From assembly GCA_002441305.1 (NCBI GenBank), contig DJVT01000009.1, forward strand, positions 178,766-242,765: a stretch of DNA of 64,000 nucleotides. The letters are read 5' to 3'. Below are positions 36,044 to 45,224 of this stretch, piece by piece. Origin of the DNA: Candidatus Omnitrophica bacterium UBA6249. Its GTDB lineage: Bacteria > Omnitrophota > Gorgyraeia > Gygaellales > Profunditerraquicolaceae. Made by a program: the position numbers and the translations under genes. Position 1 is the stretch's first letter. The number at the start of each line of letters is the position of its first letter. The notes beneath the pieces were generated by a model that did not search any database, was not told where the DNA came from, and worked only from the letters and a program-made list of their open reading frames with translations.

Positions 36044-37408
36044 ATGTTTTCCAAGATTCTCATTGCCAACCGAGGCGAGATCGCCTTAAGAATAATACGT
36101 GCCTGCCATGAAATGGGAATTCGTACCGTAGCGGTATATTCCCAGGCGGACCGCAACAGCCTGCATGTGCGTTTTGCGGATGAGGCGATCTGTATCGGGC
36201 AGGCTTCTTCCGCAAACAGTTACCTTAATATTCCCGCAATTATCAGCGCAGCAGAAATTACCGACGTGGAAGCCATTCATCCCGGTTACGGTTTTCTTGC
36301 GGAAAACCCGCATTTTGCCGAAATATGCGAGTCATGTAAAATAGCCTTTATCGGACCTACCCCGGAAAACATACGCCTTATGGGGGATAAAATGACCGCG
36401 CGTACGACTATGCAGAAAGCCGGACTGCCCATAGTCCCAGGAAGCAAGGCGATAGTCAAGAGCAAGGAAGAAGCTTTGAAGACAGCCAAGGAAATCGGCT
36501 ACCCAGTGATTATAAAAGCGGCCGCCGGAGGCGGAGGCAAAGGCATGCGTATCTGCCATAACGACCTGACCCTGGTTTCCAGCCTTTTGACTGCCCAGAG
36601 TGAGGCAGAGGCGAATTTCGGAAACGCCAGCGTATATATAGAAAAATATATAGAGAAACCCCGGCATATCGAGGTGCAGATTATCGCCGACCGGCAGGGA
36701 CATGTCCTCCAACTTGGGGAAAGAGATTGCAGTATACAAAGGAGGCACCAGAAATTACTCGAGGAATCGCCTTCTCCGGCAGTAGACAGCAAGATGAGGC
36801 GCAAGCTGGGGGAGATGGTGCTTAAGGGGATAAAGTCGATAGGTTACCAGAGCTGTGGCACTATCGAGTTCCTTCTCGATGGCAAATCCGGTAATTTTTA
36901 TTTCATGGAGATGAATACGCGCATCCAGGTAGAGCATCCGGTTACGGAGATGGTCACGGGGATAGACCTGATTAAGGAACAAATCCGCGTGGCCAGCGGA
37001 GAAAAGCTGAAGATCCAGCAGGAGAATATCCAGATAAAAGGCGCGGCGATCGAATGCCGCATAAATGCCGAGGACCCTGACAGCAACTTTATGCCTTGCC
37101 CCGGGAAGATAGACCAGCTTATCCTCCCTGGAGGGCCGAATGTGCGCGTGGATACCCATATTTACTCCGGTTACGAGGTCCCTTCTTATTATGATTCCCT
37201 TCTGGCCAAGCTTATCGTTTGGGGCAATAACAGGAACGAGGCGATAAAGACTATGCGCAGGGCACTGAGCGAATTTCACATCAGTCCGCTTAAGACAACC
37301 GTTCCTTTTCACCTGAGGCTTATGGACGATCCTTTGTTTAAAAAAGGGGATATCTCTACTCATTTTGTTCATGACCTTCTGTTAAACGATACAAAGGAGG
37401 GAAAATGA
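36044..37408 (+). CDS. accC: acetyl-CoA carboxylase biotin carboxylase subunit
   Basis: 454 aa with [18 protein letters not shown], the ATP-grasp GGGGKGMR, and [14 protein letters not shown]. Confidence 0.95.
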   Translation: MFSKILIANRGEIALRIIRACHEMGIRTVAVYSQADRNSLHVRFADEAICIGQASSANSYLNIPAIISAAEITDVEAIHPGYGFLAENPHFAEICESCKIAFIGPTPENIRLMGDKMTARTTMQKAGLPIVPGSKAIVKSKEEALKTAKEIGYPVIIKAAAGGGGKGMRICHNDLTLVSSLLTAQSEAEANFGNASVYIEKYIEKPRHIEVQIIADRQGHVLQLGERDCSIQRRHQKLLEESPSPAVDSKMRRKLGEMVLKGIKSIGYQSCGTIEFLLDGKSGNFYFMEMNTRIQVEHPVTEMVTGIDLIKEQIRVASGEKLKIQQENIQIKGAAIECRINAEDPDSNFMPCPGKIDQLILPGGPNVRVDTHIYSGYEVPSYYDSLLAKLIVWGNNRNEAIKTMRRALSEFHISPLKTTVPFHLRLMDDPLFKKGDISTHFVHDLLLNDTKEGK

Positions 37409-37758
37409 TCCGTGACGAATCGAGGAATGAGCTCGGGGCAGTGAGGATACACAAAAACGTGATTGCTTCCATTTCGTCTATTGCCGCGATGGAGATAGAG
37501 GGGGTCCGGGGCATCGGGTCCGGGTTCCGGAACAGCATCCTGGAATTGATCGGCAAAAAATCCTTCCTCTCCATAAAAGTTGACATATCCAAGAATGAAG
37601 AGGTTAAAGTCGATGTTCCGTTGATAATAAAATACGGTTACAATATTCCGGATACCGCCAGCAGGGTGCAGGACAACGTCAGGCAGGCGCTGGAAAAAAT
37701 GAGCAATCTTTTCGTGAAAGAGATTAATGTGAGCGTTCAGGGCATAGAAAGGGGGTAG
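37405..37758 (+). CDS. Asp23/Gls24-family envelope stress protein
   Basis: 117 aa; [15 protein letters not shown]...[22 protein letters not shown] is typical Asp23. Confidence 0.85.
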   Translation: MIRDESRNELGAVRIHKNVIASISSIAAMEIEGVRGIGSGFRNSILELIGKKSFLSIKVDISKNEEVKVDVPLIIKYGYNIPDTASRVQDNVRQALEKMSNLFVKEINVSVQGIERG

Positions 37759-37761
37759 GGA

Positions 37762-38370
37762 ATGAAGTTCTTTACTGTTCTGGGGATTATGTTTTATGCC
37801 GTAATAGTTGTTCTGATCGGGTTAAGTTGCGTAGTCTTTGCTTTGAATATACTCCTGCCCCAGGATATCAACAGCCTTCTTGTCTACGCCCAGGCCAGTT
37901 CGAATACACGCGTGGCCATAGGGCTTTCCGGGCTCCTGCTCATACTTATAAGTTTTTCTTTTGCGCAGATCATTCTGGGAAAGTTCCAGAGGGAAAAGAC
38001 AATAGCTTTCGCCACTTCCAGCGGGCAGGTTACCATTTCGCTTTCTGCCGTGGAGGACCTGATACGCAGGCTCGCCGGGGTCATCCCGGAGGTAAAGGAA
38101 CTAAGGCCGAACGTGGTGGCCAGCAAAAAAGGGATCGTGGTCGATATGCGCATCATCCTGCGTTCAGAGGCAAACATCCCCGACCTCACCTCCAGACTCC
38201 AGGACCTTACCAAATCCAAGATTCAGGAGATTCTCGGGCTTGAAGAGCAGGTAATTATCAGGATACATGTGGCCAAGATAAGCCATGATGAAAAAGACAA
38301 CCGCAGAAGGAAGGAGTTTGACAAAGAAGAACCTTCGGGAATTCCTTTCAGCGGATACACCAGACCATAA
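37762..38370 (+). CDS. AmaP-like membrane anchor protein for Asp23
   Basis: 202 aa with two N-terminal TM helices. It sits directly downstream of asp23 and has an Asp23-like C-terminal half. Confidence 0.6.
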   Translation: MKFFTVLGIMFYAVIVVLIGLSCVVFALNILLPQDINSLLVYAQASSNTRVAIGLSGLLLILISFSFAQIILGKFQREKTIAFATSSGQVTISLSAVEDLIRRLAGVIPEVKELRPNVVASKKGIVVDMRIILRSEANIPDLTSRLQDLTKSKIQEILGLEEQVIIRIHVAKISHDEKDNRRRKEFDKEEPSGIPFSGYTRP

Positions 38371-38386
38371 AAAGAGGAGAGAGTAA

Positions 38387-39418
38387 ATGGAAAAGATAGG
38401 TATTTTGACCGGCGGAGGAGACTGCCCGGGCTTGAATCCGGTTATTCGCGCCGTGGTGCGCAAGGCCCTGCTGGAAGGCTACGAGATAGTGGGGATAAAA
38501 AACGGATGGAAAGGGCTCGTTGAGAACGACACTATGCCTTTGAATATCAATACAGTCTCCGGCATTCTCCCCAAGGGGGGGACTATTCTCGGCACCAGCC
38601 GGACAAATCCCTACAAGAAAGAAGGCGACCTTGCCAGAGTAAAAGAGAACTTCAAGAAAATGGGGCTTTATGCGCTTGTGGCGGTAGGGGGAGAGGATAC
38701 CCTGGGAGTAGCATCAAAACTGGCGAAAGACGGCATCGCCAATATTGTCGGGGTGCCCAAGACGATAGATAATGATCTTTCCGCTACGGATTATACCTTC
38801 GGTTTCGATACCGCCCTGAATGTGGCTACCGAATGCATAGACCGCCTTCATACTACCGCCGAGAGCCATCACCGCATCATCGTGGCTGAGGTCATGGGAA
38901 GGCATGCCGGCTGGATCGCCATCGAATCCGGTATTGCCGGGGGCGCAGACGTGATCCTTATCCCGGAAATCCCCATAGACCTGGATGAAGTGTGCAGGAT
39001 TATTACCAGCAGGCATGAGAGGGGCAAGACTTTTAGTATAGTGGTGGTTGCCGAAGGGGCGCAGTTTAAAGACGGCGCAATGGTTACTCAGGAGCAAAAG
39101 CTGGATTCTTTCGGCCATGTGCGGCTTGGCGGGATCGGCGAGAACCTGGCCGCGCAGATAGAGAAAAGGACGGGTTTTGAGACCAGGGTAAGCGTCCTAG
39201 GCCACATACAAAGAGGCGGTTCGCCTACAGCTTTCGACCGTGTCCTGGGTACCCGCCTGGGGGTCAAGGCAGTAGAGCTTATCAAAAACAAGAAATTCGG
39301 CAAGATGGTGGCCCTTTCCGGAATAAAGATAGTCGATGTCCCGCTCGAGGAGGCCGTAAAGGACTTGAAGACGGTGGATATGGAGCTTTACGATATCGCC
39401 AAGGTATTTTTTGGGTAA
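38387..39418 (+). CDS. pfkA: 6-phosphofructokinase, residue signature suggests PPi dependence
   Basis: 343 aa with IGILTGGGDCPGLN. GGEDT (Asp where E. coli has Gly104) and VPKTIDND (Lys where E. coli has Gly124) match the PPi-PFK pattern. Confidence 0.85.
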   Translation: MEKIGILTGGGDCPGLNPVIRAVVRKALLEGYEIVGIKNGWKGLVENDTMPLNINTVSGILPKGGTILGTSRTNPYKKEGDLARVKENFKKMGLYALVAVGGEDTLGVASKLAKDGIANIVGVPKTIDNDLSATDYTFGFDTALNVATECIDRLHTTAESHHRIIVAEVMGRHAGWIAIESGIAGGADVILIPEIPIDLDEVCRIITSRHERGKTFSIVVVAEGAQFKDGAMVTQEQKLDSFGHVRLGGIGENLAAQIEKRTGFETRVSVLGHIQRGGSPTAFDRVLGTRLGVKAVELIKNKKFGKMVALSGIKIVDVPLEEAVKDLKTVDMELYDIAKVFFG

Positions 39419-39450
39419 GCGGCATAAATGCGATTTCCCCGGAGGAGAAA

Positions 39451-40029
39451 ATGCGCGAGAGGATCAAGGATATACTTTTAGAGAGCATTCAGGTCAAAGA
39501 AGAGATTTTGCGTAACCAGATCGAGTCCATCTTCGAGATCTCCCAGCTTATGATCGACTGCCTTAGGAAAGGCGGCAAGGTAATCGTTTTCGGAAACGGA
39601 GGATCGGCCAGCGACAGCCAGCATATCGCCGCTGAACTCGTCGGGCGTTTCAAGAAGGACCGTTCCGCCCTGGCCGGTATCGCCCTTACCACGAACACCT
39701 CGGTGATTACTTCTCTGGCCAACGATTACGGCTACGATGTGGTTTTTTCCAGGCAAATAGAGGCTATCGGCCAGAAGAACGATGTTGCCATAGCCATATC
39801 TACCAGCGGCAAGGCAAAAAGCGTCGCCCTGGGCATCAAGCAGGCGAAAAAAATGGGGATAAAGACTGTTGCTTTCAGCGGAGGAGACGGCGGAGAGATC
39901 GCAAAACTTGCGGATGTATCCTTCCTGGTTCCTTCTAAAATAACCGCCAGGATCCAGGAGGCGCATATAACCATTGCGCATATAATATGCGAAATGATCG
40001 AACAAGAGCTTTGCCAGGAACAAAAATAG
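39451..40029 (+). CDS. gmhA: D-sedoheptulose-7-phosphate isomerase
   Basis: SIS domain with VFGNGGSASDSQHIAAELVGRF and ISTSGKA. Confidence 0.9.
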   Translation: MRERIKDILLESIQVKEEILRNQIESIFEISQLMIDCLRKGGKVIVFGNGGSASDSQHIAAELVGRFKKDRSALAGIALTTNTSVITSLANDYGYDVVFSRQIEAIGQKNDVAIAISTSGKAKSVALGIKQAKKMGIKTVAFSGGDGGEIAKLADVSFLVPSKITARIQEAHITIAHIICEMIEQELCQEQK

Positions 40030-40499
40030 TTTCCCTGCCCCTGCTGAAGCGCCACGTGGCGAGGCTGAAAAAGAACGGGCAGAAGGTAGTTTTTACCAAC
40101 GGCTGTTTCGATATCCTGCATTACGGCCATACTAAGTACCTGCAGGATGCCCGGCTTAAAGGCGATTGCCTGGTAGTGGCGGTAAACAGCGATTCTTCTA
40201 TAAGAAGCATCAAGAGCGCAAACCGCCCGGTAATCGGCCAGGCTGACCGTTTGAGGGTAGTGGCGGCTTTGGGATGCGTGGATTTCGTGGTTTTATTCAA
40301 GGAGCGCAATCCGATCAGGCTGATCAAAGCGATCAGGCCGGATGTCCTGGTAAAGGGTTCGGATTGGAAAAAGAAAACTATAGTCGGGGCAGACTTCGTG
40401 GAAAGCTACGGCGGCAAGGTGCTTACTGTCCAGCTGGTCAAAGGGCGCTCGACTACTGCAATCATTGAAAAAATCGTCAGGGGTTTTGCGAAAAAATAA
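39987..40499 (+). CDS. hldC: D-glycero-beta-D-manno-heptose-1-phosphate adenylyltransferase (RfaE domain II type)
   Basis: VVFTNGCFDILHYGHTKYL...VAVNSD is the cytidylyltransferase fold. Start is uncertain: ATG 39987 overlaps gmhA by 43 nt, and an in-frame TTG at 40011 is the alternative. Confidence 0.8.
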   Translation: MRNDRTRALPGTKIVSLPLLKRHVARLKKNGQKVVFTNGCFDILHYGHTKYLQDARLKGDCLVVAVNSDSSIRSIKSANRPVIGQADRLRVVAALGCVDFVVLFKERNPIRLIKAIRPDVLVKGSDWKKKTIVGADFVESYGGKVLTVQLVKGRSTTAIIEKIVRGFAKK

Positions 40500-40926
40500 T
40501 CTTTTGAACGTATCCCGGGTTATCGACGCGAATCTGAACCGCGCCAAAGAAGGGCTGCGTGTTTGCGAGGAAGTAGCCAGGTTCATGCTGGATGACCGCA
40601 GGCTGACCGGGGCGCTCAAGAAGGCAAGGCATAAAGTAGACAGCGTGCTAAACGGGTCTTTTTGTTTTTCCGCCCTGGTGGGCGGACGCGACAGCATTTC
40701 GGATGTGGGCAGGTTTAATTCGCAGGGTGAGTTCAAGCGCAGGAACGGGAAGGATATTTTCCGCGCTAATATGCAGAGAGTCAAGGAGTCGCTGCGCGTG
40801 CTTGAGGAATTCAGCAAGCTGGAGGATGTCGGGGCGGCCCTGGGGTTTAAACGGCTCAGGTACGAGGTTTATGAAATCGAAAGGTCTTCTTTTAAGAAAA
40901 TCTCTTCTCTACCTGATCCTGGATAG
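40465..40926 (+). CDS. helical domain protein homologous to the N-terminal extension of long-form ThiE
   Basis: 153 aa. VIDANLNRAKEGLRVCEEVARFMLDD...KARHKV is the motif I recall from the N-terminal domain fused to ThiE in several anaerobes. Here it is in a different frame from thiE. Confidence 0.55.
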   Translation: MKKSSGVLRKNNLLNVSRVIDANLNRAKEGLRVCEEVARFMLDDRRLTGALKKARHKVDSVLNGSFCFSALVGGRDSISDVGRFNSQGEFKRRNGKDIFRANMQRVKESLRVLEEFSKLEDVGAALGFKRLRYEVYEIERSSFKKISSLPDPG

Positions 40927-41494
40927 GCCGGTTTTCCCGAAAGGGGTTTTAGGGAGCGTCGGGATAATCCAACTTAGGGATAAAGTTTCGAACAGGCGCC
41001 GGGTTTTCGAACAGGCGGCCGGGCTCGCCCGGTCACTGGCGAAAAGCAGGACGTTTTTTATCGTAAATGATTACGCGGATATAGCCCTGCTCTCCGGGGC
41101 GGACGGCGTGCATCTGGGCCAGGGGGACCTCCCCTTGAAAGAGGCAAGGAAGATGATGGGGAAGGGAAAAATAATTGGGGTTTCCTGCCATAACCTTTCC
41201 CAGGCCGTCAAGGCGCAGGAGGACGGAGCGGATTACATAGGCATAGGCCCGGTGTACAGATCCGCTACCAAGCCGGAATGCGAAGCCATAGGGATCGGGG
41301 AATTGCGCCGCCTGAGAAACAAGATAAGCATCCCCTATTTTGCGATAGGCAACATCAACCGGGAAAATCTGGGAGAGGTGATTAATGCCGGATGCGGCAG
41401 GGCGGCGGTATGCCGCGCAATACTCGAAGCTGGCCGTCCGGATGCGGCTGCAAAGAATTTATTTTCCATACTGAACCAGGCAGTTATAAAATGA
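40871..41494 (+). CDS. thiE: thiamine-phosphate synthase
   Basis: About 207 aa from ATG 40871 (MKSKGLLLRKSLLYLILD...). Contains IQLRDK, VNDYADIALLSGADGVHLGQGD, IGVSCH and YFAIGNI. The longer 40703 ORF start is probably read-through. Confidence 0.85.
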   Translation: MKSKGLLLRKSLLYLILDRPVFPKGVLGSVGIIQLRDKVSNRRRVFEQAAGLARSLAKSRTFFIVNDYADIALLSGADGVHLGQGDLPLKEARKMMGKGKIIGVSCHNLSQAVKAQEDGADYIGIGPVYRSATKPECEAIGIGELRRLRNKISIPYFAIGNINRENLGEVINAGCGRAAVCRAILEAGRPDAAAKNLFSILNQAVIK

Positions 41495-42780
41495 CTCAAC
41501 TCGAATACGCGAAAAAAAACATGATTACCCGGCTTATGCGCAAGGTGGCGCGTAAGGAAGGGGTGGATGCGTCTTTGCTCATGCGTTTGATTAGGCAAGG
41601 CAAGGCGGTAATCCCCCTGAACAAGAACCATAAAATATCCAGCCCGTGCGCGGTAGGCTTGGGCCTTTCCACCAAAATAAACGCCAATATCGGCACTTCC
41701 ACAGACGAATCGCGCATAGGCGAGGAGATAGACAAGATTAAAGTCGCAATAAAATACGGAGCGGATTTCCTGATGGACTTGAGCGTGGGAGGGGATTTGC
41801 TCAAGATGAGAGAAGAGGTATTGAGGCATTCGAGCGTTCCCGTGGGCACGGTCCCGGTTTACGAGGTGGCGGTCAGGGCGCAAGATAAAAAGGGGAGTTT
41901 CATGAAATTCTGCGTAGAAGACATATTGGATGTGCTTGAGGAACAGGCCATCCAGGGCGTGGATTTCTTTACTATACACAGCGGCGTGACCCGCTCGAGC
42001 CTGAGGGCGCTTAATAAGCAGAAAAGGTTGATGGGGATCGTCTCGCGCGGCGGGGCGATTGTCGCCAGCTGGATGAAGATGAACGGCAAGGAGAATCCTT
42101 TCTACAGCCATTTTGACCGCATACTCGATATTGCGAATAAATATGACGTTACTTTGAGCCTGGGGGATGGGCTCAGGCCCGGGTCGGTTATGGATGCTAC
42201 CGATAAAGCCCAGATCGCAGAGCTTAAGATACTCGGCAGGCTGGCAGAACGCGCAAAAGCCAGGGGGGTGCAGGTTATGATAGAGGGCCCGGGGCATGTG
42301 CCTATAGACCAGATCCGCAGGAATATCATTTTGGAGAAAAAATATTGCAATCAGGCCCCTTTTTATGTACTCGGGCCTTTGGTTACGGATGTTGCTCCGG
42401 GTTACGACCATATCACTTCGGCGATCGGAGGTTCCCTGGCGGCAGGATTCGGCGCCGACTTGCTTTGTTATGTCACGCCGGCTGAACATCTGCGCCATCC
42501 GGACGTAAATGACGTAAGAGAAGGCGTAATCGCTTCGCGTATCGCAGCGCATGCAGGAGACCTGGTCAAGCGCAGAGCATCGGCGGAGGCCTGGGATAGG
42601 GATATTTCCCAGGCGCGCAGGTCAAAAGACTGGAAAAAGCAGATTCTTTTGTCCATTGACCCGGAAAAGGCCAGAGAGTATAGGTTGTCCAGCAAGCCGA
42701 GCCTGTCCGATGTGTGCACGATGTGCGGCAACTATTGTTCTATAAAACTTATGGAAGACTGCGAATTAAAGCGGTCTTGA
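41491..42780 (+). CDS. thiC: phosphomethylpyrimidine synthase (short anaerobe-type ThiC)
   Basis: About 429 aa from ATG 41491 (ATGA overlap with thiE). Contains NANIGTS, DFFTIHSGV, IEGPGHVP and the C-terminal CTMCGNYCS Fe-S motif. Confidence 0.95.
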   Translation: MTQLEYAKKNMITRLMRKVARKEGVDASLLMRLIRQGKAVIPLNKNHKISSPCAVGLGLSTKINANIGTSTDESRIGEEIDKIKVAIKYGADFLMDLSVGGDLLKMREEVLRHSSVPVGTVPVYEVAVRAQDKKGSFMKFCVEDILDVLEEQAIQGVDFFTIHSGVTRSSLRALNKQKRLMGIVSRGGAIVASWMKMNGKENPFYSHFDRILDIANKYDVTLSLGDGLRPGSVMDATDKAQIAELKILGRLAERAKARGVQVMIEGPGHVPIDQIRRNIILEKKYCNQAPFYVLGPLVTDVAPGYDHITSAIGGSLAAGFGADLLCYVTPAEHLRHPDVNDVREGVIASRIAAHAGDLVKRRASAEAWDRDISQARRSKDWKKQILLSIDPEKAREYRLSSKPSLSDVCTMCGNYCSIKLMEDCELKRS

Positions 42781-42795
42781 AGCATGGTCAGCTAT

Positions 42796-42866
42796 GCGGG
42801 TGTAATTCAGTGGTAGAATGGCAGCTTCCCAAGCTGCATATGGCGGTTCGATTCCGCTCACCCGCT
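42796..42866 (+). tRNA. tRNA-Gly (anticodon CCC)
   Basis: Hand-folded cloverleaf. Acceptor GCGGGTG/CACCCGC, D stem ATTC/GAAT, anticodon stem GCAGC/GCTGC with loop TTCCCAA, T arm GGCGG-TTCGATT-CCGCT. 71 nt, with no encoded CCA. Confidence 0.9.
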
Positions 42867-42875
42867 TTTAAATTT

Positions 42876-43565
42876 ATGTCCTATTGCAGAAGATCTTGCG
42901 GCGCTGTGGCACTGTTGTTAATCTGGGCGGTAGGTGGGCTTTCCGGCTGCGCGGGGGTTTCGACTTATACCGGGCCCAGGGCGCCGGTTTCGGGGCAGCA
43001 GGCGCCGGGGATACGGCATAAGGTTGAGCCAAAGCAGACTCTTTGGAGGATATCTAGGATTTATAATGTGGAGATAGAGGATATCCTTAAGGCGAACAAT
43101 ATCCCGGAGGAAGCCACCATAGAGATCGGGCAGGTGCTGGTAATACCGGTAAGCCGGCAAAAGGCATTTAAAGAATCACCCGCCGCCTACGGGGATGAAT
43201 TCATCTGGCCTCTGAAGGGCAGGGTTATTTCCGGTTACGGGGGCAGTTACAGGAATTTGATCAACAGGGGGATCGATATCCAGGTCCCGGAGGAAAGCGG
43301 CATAGTCGCTTCAGGCTCGGGGAAAGTTGTATTTTATTCCTCCTCTTTGGGGAATTTCGGCAAGACGATAATTATCGAACACGCCAACGGATTAAAGAGT
43401 GTATATTCAAGAGTGTCGGAATTCTTCGTAAGGCCGGGGGACACCGTGCAGAGAGGCTCTGCGATAGGCAGGGTAAGCCCGGTACATAAAGGAAAGAGCA
43501 ACTATTTCCATTTCGAAATTAGAAAAGGGCGCATTCCGCAGAATCCGTTATTTTATTTGCCATGA
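42876..43565 (+). CDS. LysM domain / M23 peptidase lipoprotein (NlpD-like)
   Basis: Lipobox LSGCAG after a signal peptide. LysM region (HKVEPKQTLWRISRIYNVEIEDILKANNI) and M23 region (GIDIQVPEESGIVASGSGKVVF...IIIEHANG...HFEIR). The start at 42876 lies after the tRNA. Confidence 0.85.
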   Translation: MSYCRRSCGAVALLLIWAVGGLSGCAGVSTYTGPRAPVSGQQAPGIRHKVEPKQTLWRISRIYNVEIEDILKANNIPEEATIEIGQVLVIPVSRQKAFKESPAAYGDEFIWPLKGRVISGYGGSYRNLINRGIDIQVPEESGIVASGSGKVVFYSSSLGNFGKTIIIEHANGLKSVYSRVSEFFVRPGDTVQRGSAIGRVSPVHKGKSNYFHFEIRKGRIPQNPLFYLP

Positions 43566-45193
43566 GAAGAGACAAATTTTTTGACCGCCATAATTATTTG
43601 GAGATACTGCAGAAGAGGATAAGCAGCCTGAAGGAAGGCTACCGCCAGAATATCGCCATTATCGGCGAGGAAAACGTAGGCAAGACAAGCATCGTCTATA
43701 AGTTCTTGGACAGGTTTAACGACCCGATGATCATCACTGTCTTTTTTGAAGTGAGGGCGGAGAGCTACCAGGATTTTTCAAGGAGGTTTATCGGAGCCCT
43801 GCTCTACAACTTCCTTTCCAACAGCGGATTCCCCCTGAAAGAAGACCTCGATTTCCTGCTGGATAAGGCATCCGCCTACATACCGAACACCGCAGGAAAA
43901 ATAAGATCCATACTCAGCGACTTGTCTAAGAGAAAAAAAATCAATATTATCACCGATTTGTTCGGCCTGCCAGAATCCATCCATCAGGAAACGGGGAAGT
44001 TCTCGGTGCTTTTCCTCGATGAATTCCATAATCTCGAGAGCATGGGGGTAAAAAACCTGTACCGCGATTGGGGAAAGCTCCTTATCCTGCAGAAGAACAC
44101 TCTTTACGTCATAACCAGTTCGATGATCTTCAAGACCAGGGTGATACTTTCCAAACAGCTTTCCCTGCTTTTCGGCAATTTTGAAGTAATCAACGTCGAA
44201 CCGTTCGATATACATACAAGCGGGAGGTATCTTGATTGTTATCTCCCTGGGCTGAAGGCATACCCGGGAATCAAGGATTTCATAATCAGCTTTACCGGGG
44301 GCTACCCCCTTTACCTCGAGCTCGTATCCAAGGCGCTGCTGGGAAGAGTGGAGGGGCGCATCCAGCTTGCCGGGGAGAAGACGGACATCCGCGCCTATCT
44401 GGCCGATACCCTGGAGGATATGCTTTTTGATACCTCGGGAGTACTCAACCAGAGGTTCTCCAATTATATCAAGCGCTTCCTGGATTCCTCTGCAGGCAAC
44501 GATTATATCTCTATCCTGTATTTGATTTCCAGCGGCAGGAACCGTATCAAGGAGATATCCCATATATTGCGCAAACAGAACAAAGAGATGTCTTTAAGGG
44601 TCAATTATTTACTCGAGCTTGACGCAATTACCAGAAGTGGGGATTTCCTCAGGGTAAATGACCGGCTGTTTGCCTATTGGATGAGGTTTGTCTACAGGGA
44701 AAAGATGCGTTCTTTATCTTATGATGCCAGGAACCAGAAAGAGAAGTTCCGCGGGAGCATCGAAGAGCTTATCCAGGAGTTCCTTTCCCAGTCTCAAAAA
44801 CCTCTTGTCAGCAGGGTTTCCGAATTGATGCAGATGTTCGAAGACGATACTATGCAGTTTGAACGCAAGAAAATCCGCCTTTGCCATTTCAGGGAGGTAA
44901 AACCGCTGAATTTCAATTACCGTTTTTTGAAAAGCGGCCTGCTGGGGCGCTGTAGCGATTCCCTTTGGATCATGGCGATCAAGCCGGATACTCTTACCGA
45001 ACAGGATATAGCGGATTTTTCCAAGGAATGCAAGAAATACCACCATAAGTCGCAGCGCAAGATAATCGTTACTTTGAAAGAGGTGGATCCTAACGCCAGG
45101 CTGAGGGCTCTGGAGGAAAAAGTGTGGACCTGGGATTTGAACAGCCTGAACCAGATTTTTGATTTGTTCTCGAAGCCGAGAGTCATCGCCTGA
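43562..45193 (+). CDS. large P-loop ATPase (archaeal-ATPase/PF01637-like) with unassigned C-terminal region
   Basis: 543 aa with Walker A-like IIGEENVGKTS and Walker B-like VLFLDEFHNLE. ATGA overlap with the M23 lipoprotein gene. No TM or signal sequence. Confidence 0.6.
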   Translation: MRRDKFFDRHNYLEILQKRISSLKEGYRQNIAIIGEENVGKTSIVYKFLDRFNDPMIITVFFEVRAESYQDFSRRFIGALLYNFLSNSGFPLKEDLDFLLDKASAYIPNTAGKIRSILSDLSKRKKINIITDLFGLPESIHQETGKFSVLFLDEFHNLESMGVKNLYRDWGKLLILQKNTLYVITSSMIFKTRVILSKQLSLLFGNFEVINVEPFDIHTSGRYLDCYLPGLKAYPGIKDFIISFTGGYPLYLELVSKALLGRVEGRIQLAGEKTDIRAYLADTLEDMLFDTSGVLNQRFSNYIKRFLDSSAGNDYISILYLISSGRNRIKEISHILRKQNKEMSLRVNYLLELDAITRSGDFLRVNDRLFAYWMRFVYREKMRSLSYDARNQKEKFRGSIEELIQEFLSQSQKPLVSRVSELMQMFEDDTMQFERKKIRLCHFREVKPLNFNYRFLKSGLLGRCSDSLWIMAIKPDTLTEQDIADFSKECKKYHHKSQRKIIVTLKEVDPNARLRALEEKVWTWDLNSLNQIFDLFSKPRVIA

Positions 45194-45224
45194 TGTTTTT
45201 TTCGGGAAGGAAGGAGAGCGCCGG

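Noticed and set aside
40908-40930. The string CTACCTGATCCTGGATAGGCCGG resembles the conserved ACCTGATCTGGATAATGCCAGCG segment of TPP riboswitches and sits in the thiamine operon.
   Set aside because: It lies inside the thiE coding frame (LYLILDRP, the conserved ThiE N-terminal motif). The other half of the aptamer (the CTGAGA element and pairing partners) is absent. I treat it as a coincidence of codons.
41335-42552. A 405-aa ORF on the minus strand, antisense to thiC. Similar long antisense ORFs occur at 46163-47113, 44714-45616, 24256-25155, 43778-44563, 15345-16127 and 14561-15316.
   Set aside because: Each lies fully inside a well-supported plus-strand gene with clear family motifs. Their translations are low-complexity (R/P/G/H-rich) with no recognisable domains, SD sequences or promoters. 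Long shadow frames are expected when the sense strand avoids TTA, CTA and TCA codons.
42714-42875. N-terminal extension of the M23 lipoprotein ORF back to ATG 42714.
   Set aside because: The extension overlaps the thiC 3' end and runs across the whole tRNA-Gly gene (42796-42866). The internal ATG at 42876 gives a proper signal peptide and lipobox.
42781-42880. tRNA-Gly as a possible integration hotspot for the downstream ATPase-containing region.
   Set aside because: I found no integrase, no direct repeat of the tRNA 3' end downstream within the window, and the downstream genes are largely housekeeping.
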